Origin: Choristocarpus tenellus KU-1152
Taxonomy: Eukaryota > Protista > Phaeophyceae
NCBI GenBank assembly: GCA_964200185.2
Contig: CAXNAD020000017.1
Location: 1 to 47,348 of the forward strand
DNA length: 47,348 nt
Reading direction: 5' to 3'
Both the position numbers and the translations under genes were made by a program. Numbering within the stretch: position 1 is the first letter of the stretch; each line of letters opens with the position of its first letter. The notes under the pieces were generated by a model. The model saw only the letters and a program-made list of their open reading frames with translations. It was not told the DNA's origin and searched no databases. This document shows positions 35,293 to 47,348 of this stretch, in pieces.

Positions 35293-38187
35293 GTTTACAA
35301 GGCCACTTAGGTGTCATATAGTGATCTATCCCCATTTTTTTAATTAGAATACACGTCTGGAAATTTCTCCAACCAATAGTTATACATAGGGATCCCTATT
35401 CAGCAATTGCCTACAGCACATTATTTGGCAGATCAAGATAAAGTACTATAGATCCAAATATTTGGGAGTCATTGCAACGAGAGAGATGTTCTTTACTTTT
35501 GAACTACCTCAGAGTGCTTTGTAACCATTTCTTGCAGTATGTGATACTACAGACTAGACTTTTGTCCATAGCAGTGCAAAACATACACTTTCTGCCTGAA
35601 TGGTCTGAACTAAATAAACGAATAGTAGAAGCTCTCATTGAGGAAGGACTTGGACAAGGGAGCAGATACTATCTCTTGCTGCACTTCACTTTCCTATGCA
35701 GTTAGTGTTGTTCTGAGAGATACACTTGATACTTGATTTTTATCTTCTTTATAGTGATCTGACTTGGTGCTTGGTCCTAGTACACAAAGTTTTGAATCCT
35801 TACAGTCTTCTTCACCAACCATAGGCACAGAATCCACAATGCCTTCCTCTGTCTGACAGTATGATATGTAGAATATAATCAAGAGCTAGATTCCTGTGCA
35901 CAGAGTAGAAAGTGTACTGGACAGGTAGGTTAGAGCAGTACTTGACCATGGCCAGGGTGTTATAGTTTGTCTGGCTTTTGTCCAGTTCCATTCTCCGTGT
36001 TGTTCAGTGTGTGATGCTTGATGGAACAGCCCAACCACTCTGGTCAAGTCTGAGCTGTGCTCAGTATGAATTAATAGTCAAAAGTGTACAAAGAAAATGT
36101 TACTACACTGAACTTGATCCACCCAAACAATGTGTTACAAGAAGTGAACATGAAAGATGATACTTCAAAATATCTGTTCAGTAACTTTCATTTTTTTCTT
36201 CCAAGTGTCTCAAGTTCAACATGCAAAAACTCCAAGGATATTTATCTGCAACCTACCAGCTAACATTCAAAATTGGTGTCAGTTATGTGGTTGGAGGTGA
36301 GGGAGACCTCTTGGGGATGTAAGATCATCAGCAGCCTAAGCCCTGAGCTGCACAGTGATATGCTGTGCCCATTCATCTTACACCCCTTGGTCTTGATATT
36401 GAGCCAAGGTAAACGAGATGTAGCCAGAGTTGTAATGTAAGGATGCTGACAAACACATGGCAAATTCCACCTTTTTCAAATGTGTGTATGAATTTTACTT
36501 CAGCTCATTCACTCAGGGTACTCGGACTTAAAAATTGAATTGATGTCATCTTAAAAATAAATTTAAAGAAGAATCAATGTTGTACTTGGAGAAGTATTTA
36601 CTTATCAACACAATATAGAGCAACTTGTCTGCCCAATATGGAGACACACCTACTTTGGAAAGTACCTCAAGGGTGCAGAAAATATTGTATGTGTAGGGTG
36701 CAAAGAGCGCCAAAAAGAATTTCCTGTTAGTAGGATTCAGACATGGAAGTCTCTCTTACACTTAATACATCGTATAACAGTATTATGTAATAAAGTATCC
36801 CTTGTGTATATACTCATCCAGGAACTTCATACCAAAACAGCACCACCAAAATCTTGATGGCTGCAGAAGATCACACAGGATATCTGCTAGCTTCACAGGA
36901 CAACCTCACCTAAGACAATGCATATCACTGGTTACTCTTAAATCAAGTGTCAAATGCAATTACATTACCGCAGCTGTGATATGGAATGTTCTATATCGTT
37001 CTGTGTTCTTTCTTTATCCTGTTGAATAATAGGCCCCCTCCTGTCAACTCATGTCAACTCGAGACTAGACGGTAGGAGTTGAATTGAACCAGTCCACGTC
37101 CAGCAGCCAGAACGTCAGGTGTCCATCTTTCATGAGGGGAAACATAGTCACTTCTATAAGAATTCCAAGCACAATTTAGTTCAGGCCATGAAGAGTGTTG
37201 ACTCGAATGTTTAATTTGCATGTGGTACACTACAATTGGGGATGTCCAATCTACCAATATATATTAACCGTGTTTTGGGGAACCACGATTCGGAAATCTT
37301 CTAGTGGGAGAACTTAGAGACAGGTCTGTAAGCCAGTGAGAATATTAGACCAACAGCGGGTTACCGCTCAGGCTCCATTAAGCGAGGCGGTGCACCATCA
37401 ATCTCAGTACTTGTTGGGATGTACATCAGAATCTGGACCTGACATTTGCGGGAGGAACTTGTTTGATCCAACGGTATACTCCCCGTGCGATCCAAGGTTA
37501 CTCCATCAGTATGTCGATTGCAAGACTGGGCGTATCCCAGCTTCCTCGCAATCTGATAAAATTGTATGTAGTAGAATTAATAAAATATTTCGAAGTATGG
37601 GAAGGAAGTACATATCGACAGGTCGTCGCCCATTATCTCCCTGAAATGCGTAACAGTTAATACCGAAACAGCTCACGTGGCTAAGTAACTCTGAGCAAGT
37701 TGTGTTTTCCATCATTGCAATGGTATGGGCGTTGTGCAGGTCGTCTGGGCCCTGTGGTGGTTTAAACAGACTGACATGATTTTTTGTTTTTTAGCAGGCT
37801 CTGACTGTCCTTTGGGGTGTGTTCAAACCTCGATCGACGGTGGATGGATGAGGCAATCAATGTTCCAAAAATGTTTTCTCATTTCCAACATACCGGCTAC
37901 CACAACAGGTTTTCCGTGTGCTTTTGGGTGGTGAAACCATTCCAACGTGTAGCCGAAATGTGTATGCGAAAAACCGAAAGAGTCCATGTATGAAGGACTA
38001 CATGAAGGTCGACAGGAACGCGACATCGTGGCGGGACGTTTCAAACATTTTGATCGAAACCCTAACCCTACGAACATAAGTATGTCCCTCAAATCCCCTT
38101 ACCATAACGTCACTTCATTTTACATCGTTAGCAGGGTGCTGCAACTTCTGTCACAGCTCACACCAGTCCTCACGTACTCCCTTGACA

Positions 38188-43105
<4,918 letters not shown>

Positions 43106-43402
43106 GGATGTTGATCTGTAATGTGCAATGAAGAGGCCTTGTGACTGACGTCTGTTCCCTCAGTGAAGTCCAGATCTTGAAAAGTGCGCCAGATCAAGCG
43201 TGTTACTTACCAGGGAGTTCATTTTGCATTTTGCTGGTAATAAGCCGCTGTCCACAGATAATAATGCCTCCCAAGTGTGCGGCTCACTGTCTCCTTGGGA
43301 TAAAACAGTCTTCTTGCCTTAGATCCAATACCTCAAGAGTTCTGGGAAAGGTGAAGAAGTGCACTTGCTCCTTCCTCATTTCTTGTGGATTGGATTGTTG
43401 CT

Positions 43403-45984
43403 CTATGCCTTCTTGCTCTTTTTCTTCTTTTTTGCGGCTGCGGCTTCCTTGACCTTCTTCTCCAGTTCTTGCTTTTCAGCAAGTAAACGTGCAGCTTCTG
43501 CCTCTTCTGCCTTATTTTTGGCAAATCTTTTCATTGTCAATGGTGAACATGCAGCAAAGGAGGGATGTTTTTTAGTGATCTCACGAGTGCAATCGCACTG
43601 TGCACTGAATATGATCAAGGAAAAGATGTTTTACATTGTGCCTCAATGGCATGTGGTGCACCTACAGTAAAGCTAATAACAACATGTGCAATCAGTTGTG
43701 TCAAACATAGACAATAAATAACCTGCTGCTTGTAAGGAGACAGTAATACAGCAGTCTTAGGGGTTGTCATCCTTGACCTCATAGGGTAGGTGCTTTCAAC
43801 TGTTGTGTGTGATGTTTGGGTGAGAACCAGGTTGTTAGGTGGAGATGAATGCTTCAATATAGGTGAACGGCATGAGCATCCCACCAATGAGTCTAATGCT
43901 GCAAAGTCCAACTGCATCCATGTGTAGCATAGAGTGTGGTGTCAATATCATGAACCTAGTGCAGCACCTTTTCTCCTGAAGCCTGCGGCGTTCCTCTGCC
44001 CTCAAGTTCTTCTGATCCTCCAGCCACTCCCTCAGCTCCCTCTCCATCCTTAACTGGTCCTGAAGGGTATTCTCCTCGGCCAGGAGCTTGTCTACCCTGG
44101 CCTTCTCTTCTCTGTCAATTGATTGTTGAGCCTCAAAACATTTCACATTAGCCTCTAGGGCTCTTTGAACTAATTGCTGATGTACAATCGCCACACCATT
44201 GTGCCCAATTTCAAGGAAGGTTATGAAGTGGTTTGATTGCATTCCCTTGGATATTGCAATACCTGCCTCAGGACCAAGTGTGCATCTCCAAAGGTTGACA
44301 GATGTAAGACTCTTATTGTTTGCTAGCATGCTTGCAAATGTCTCGATCCCTGATATGTCTTCTCCGTAGCATGTCAGTGGATTGGACTCAAGACACAAGT
44401 GTTTAAGGGTGGCATTGGAACAGAGCGATTCACCGAAAGCTCGACAAGCCTTTACGCCTAACTTGTTGGAGCCCATGACCACATTCACAAGGGCGGTATT
44501 TCGCTTGAGGAGGCGAGCAATATATGCCCCTGCAAAGTCATCAATCCCATTGCAAGATAGATCCAGACTAGTAAGGGAGGTATTGGTCCACATGGCTTTT
44601 GCCAGAGCCCGAGAAGTGATGGAATTAACTTCAATTCGGGCCAATGGAGGTGTGGAGTTTTGTTTAACCTGGGGTTTGGGAGATAGGAAGAAAAGCACCG
44701 GATATCAAATTAGTTTGTAAGTAACACCTCATTACAGAACCAGAGAGGTTTGGAGATGCAGTACTGAGTAGAAATATTCACCTCCAGTAAACACTTTGTT
44801 TCCTTAGTTGTAGGAGACCTAACTAGGGACACCTCAAGAAACTTTCGTAGTACGCTTGTTTGGTCTGTATAGGGATTCTGAAGAAAGAAGTACTACTCAA
44901 GAATGTTATCGTGAAAGGAGGAGCATTGATAGATGCTGCGACAGCAGGAATTGAGAGACTCTGTCAAAAATTAGGCAGTAGGGAAGGTTGGATCAGAGAG
45001 GGAGAGAGTGCAAAGCGACAAGGGCGTATGAAGAACCAGATCACATCATAGTCGTTGGACTGAAAGTAGAGTTTCTGATTGAAATACTAGTACTGGAACA
45101 CAGTACTGAAAAAGAAAAAGAAACACAAAACAGCGAATCCGCTCGAAAAGCGACTCAAAACGTGAGGCAAATACAACACCTTGTGCCAAGTGGAAAATAT
45201 CCTTCTCATACAACTTGCCATTATCGTCAACAAGGGTCTATAGGAGCCAAAACAAAAAAAAAGTATTGTGTCCATACCACAGAATCTTCATATTATTATC
45301 TACAAGGCAGCTGGATCGATTGTATGTCTGTAGATTACACATTGCTCGGGGAACGTATCATGAGCAGACTCACGAGAGACAGCCAGAATTCCACCCTGTG
45401 GTTCTTCTCGATCTCTGCTTTCTCTTCTTTGAGCTGTCTTTCTAGCATCATGCGTTTTCGTTGCAATCCTGCTTGTTTTGCTGCCTGCTCCTTCTTTTCC
45501 TTTTGAAGTTTTATCAAAGTTTCTTTCTCAACTTCAAACTCCTCGTCCAGTGCCTTCTGAAGTGTCATTATGTCCTGGTCCCGAAACCCTGTCGGACGGA
45601 GCTTCCTGGCTTCGAGCTGTACGTCAAGGTTGGCGCATCGGAACAAAAGGGGTGTTACAATGAGTATGATCAGTGCTGACCAAATGACCTTGTCTTCGTC
45701 CAACACCAAATAGGACATTCTAAGTGGGATGTATCATAGAGGATCAATCTTAGCAGAAGAAATTCGTCAAGTTTCTTTCCTCGGTCTTTTACCTCTTCGA
45801 TTAAACGAGCATTGGAGAAATCGTTGGCATTTGGTGCCTGAGGGAGAGAGGTGTCGAAGTGATCAGCCCCACCACGACCACCACCGTCTGTTTGACTAGG
45901 ATCGTCATCGTCAATGAGGACATCTTCGAGATCTTTCATGAGGTTGTCGAAATCGGGGGTTCCCATTTTGTTTGTTCGACCCAA
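43403..45984 (-). CDS. RNI-like leucine-rich-repeat protein with flanking coiled coils and Lys-rich C-terminus (4 exons)
   Basis: Exons 45984-45793, 45616-45374, 44668-43968, 43526-43403, phases consistent (0, 0, 2). ~28-aa LRRs: NTSLTSLDLSCNGIDD, NTALVNVVMGSNKLG, NATLKHLCLESNPL, NKSLTSVNLWRCTLG, NHFITFLEIGHNGV. Confidence 0.88.
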
Positions 45985-46184
45985 AATTGCGTCTGTATTT
46001 TTTGAGGGATTGTTGGTGGAAGCTGGAGGATGTGAATCGCTCCCTATGAAACCGTTGAGCCAATAGGTGAATGAGTATAGAATAATGGAAGCAGCAAGCA
46101 GTTCTTGAAAAACACAAAATACTCGTTCATAGATACAAGATCTTTTCTACAACGCAAACATCAGAAAAGTGGACTCCACGCACA

Positions 46185-46866
46185 ATGTTTGGGGTTGTGC
46201 GCGTCCTCATGACTCTGTCTCTTGTGAAAGGGGCTACTCCGCAACCAAGAATTGCACCACTAGGTCGGTTCATAGCTCCTACGTGGGTACTAGATCGTAA
46301 TCCGCACGTCTGAGAGGATCAAGACTCTCAACCATATTTCGGAAGCACCAAATAAGCTGTTGTGAAAACGTGTGACATTTCCCCGCCATCCCTTAGGTGA
46401 CCTTCCACGCTTCCCTCTGCAATTCAGTGCTCAATTGAAAGTGACAGCTCATATGGTGGATCGGAGCTTGGAATACCCCCCATGGCTTCGCCAGGTGGAG
46501 ATCCACTATGACCATTTGGCAGGGAAAGCGAAGGTCGTTGTGAGCCAGGGCCTTGATGCAGGAAAAACATACATACGTCGATACGACTCGAAACGCGAGT
46601 ACATGCTTAGGGATGGGGAGTTTTCAATTTGCAGAAGGAGCTACCTGGGTGAGAGTGTGGAGCCCATATACCCATCTATTGTCTTTATTGTCTTCTGACT
46701 CATCCTCGTAAATTGGCAACATGTTCTCTCTCTTCTTGAACTCTCCCGAAGTCCCCTATTTAAAGAAAACCCGAGATACTAAAGGACTCAACAAAACACA
46801 TCATCCTCTGCCAATGCAGGTGAAGAAATGCCTCTGCCGGAGGTCCCACCTATGGCCGACTTTCAG
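46185..46866 (+). CDS. Putative secreted protein with signal peptide, possibly ependymin-related; 3' part beyond the window
   Basis: Exons 46185-46263, 46397-46648, 46820-46866 join in phase (1, 1). MFGVVRVLMTLSLVKGA looks like a signal peptide; mature part PRFPLQFSA...YD...EY...CRRSYLGEEMP. No stop before the donor at 46867. Confidence 0.7.
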
Positions 46867-47120
46867 GTAAAATACTCGCCAGAGAACGCACTCGCTAGGT
46901 CTGAATACGACTCTTCTCTCCCTTGGCACCAGCTACTTTTTGATACAAAGAGATGCAACCACTTCATGCCCAAAGTTACCTTTTTATCAGAGAGTAGAGC
47001 TATGTGTTGAGGGTTGAATAAAATTATCCGTGTATTGGATATGCATACCCATTTACCCCTCAAATTTGCAGACAGCAAGTTGTGGAAACCATGTTAACTT
47101 CAAGTCACACAACTGGCTCA

Positions 47121-47292
47121 AAGTATCTGAGGTGGGTGGGGTGTTCTACATCAGGGTGTCCATTCGAGCCCTAACCAGGATAAGTGCACTTACATTATCC
47201 ATCCAATGCATTGAACCAAATTCACCCAAAAATCGCAAGATGGAAAAATGGACCTGATATGGACAGCCGCTACCCCCCCCCCCCCCCCATAC
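47121..47292. mobile_element. MITE-like element with G/C-run terminal inverted repeats, in an intron of the 46185 gene
   Basis: Left end aagtatctgaggtgggtgggg...gtgtccat, right end atggacag...cccccccccatac. The interior is homologous to 38-170. Confidence 0.7.
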
Positions 47293-47348
47293 CTTGAAAC
47301 AAATCTTTACTGATTAGGGAGATAATTTTCCTGTTTTGTGAAAAAAAA

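Overview
Eukaryotic nuclear DNA with spliceosomal introns, not a prokaryotic window. A stramenopile (ochrophyte/brown-alga-like) origin is my inference from gene and transposon style. Six spliced genes can be reconstructed by hand: (1) a 5'-incomplete B-box zinc-finger gene (+, ~6966-9270); (2) a ~19.7 kb gene (-, 29414 to 9722) for a very large protein with degenerate EF-hands, an NDRG-like alpha/beta-hydrolase fold lacking the catalytic Ser, coiled coils, a four-copy internal repeat I do not recognise and two IQ motifs; (3) a divergently transcribed coiled-coil/ankyrin/3xWW gene (+, 29686-35292); (4) mitochondrial dihydrolipoamide dehydrogenase (+, 7 exons, 38188-43105); (5) an RNI-like LRR/coiled-coil gene (-, 45984 to 43403); (6) a 3'-truncated secreted protein gene (+, from 46185). 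The first ~6.9 kb is mostly transposon relics: a CRE-like non-LTR endonuclease fragment, a Harbinger/Tourist-like MITE with TAA target duplication, a DIRS/Ngaro-like RT relic, nested tandem repeats and a stop-interrupted SET-like ORF. The most notable oddities are the giant protein's architecture and repeat, an ~80 bp copy of an ankyrin exon inside a DLD intron, an antisense fossil gene with two ~118-aa repeats inside an intron, and CpG depletion of gene bodies. I found no CRISPR array, no rRNA/tRNA and no clearly demonstrable new multi-gene system. All domain calls come from motif recognition by eye, not database searches.
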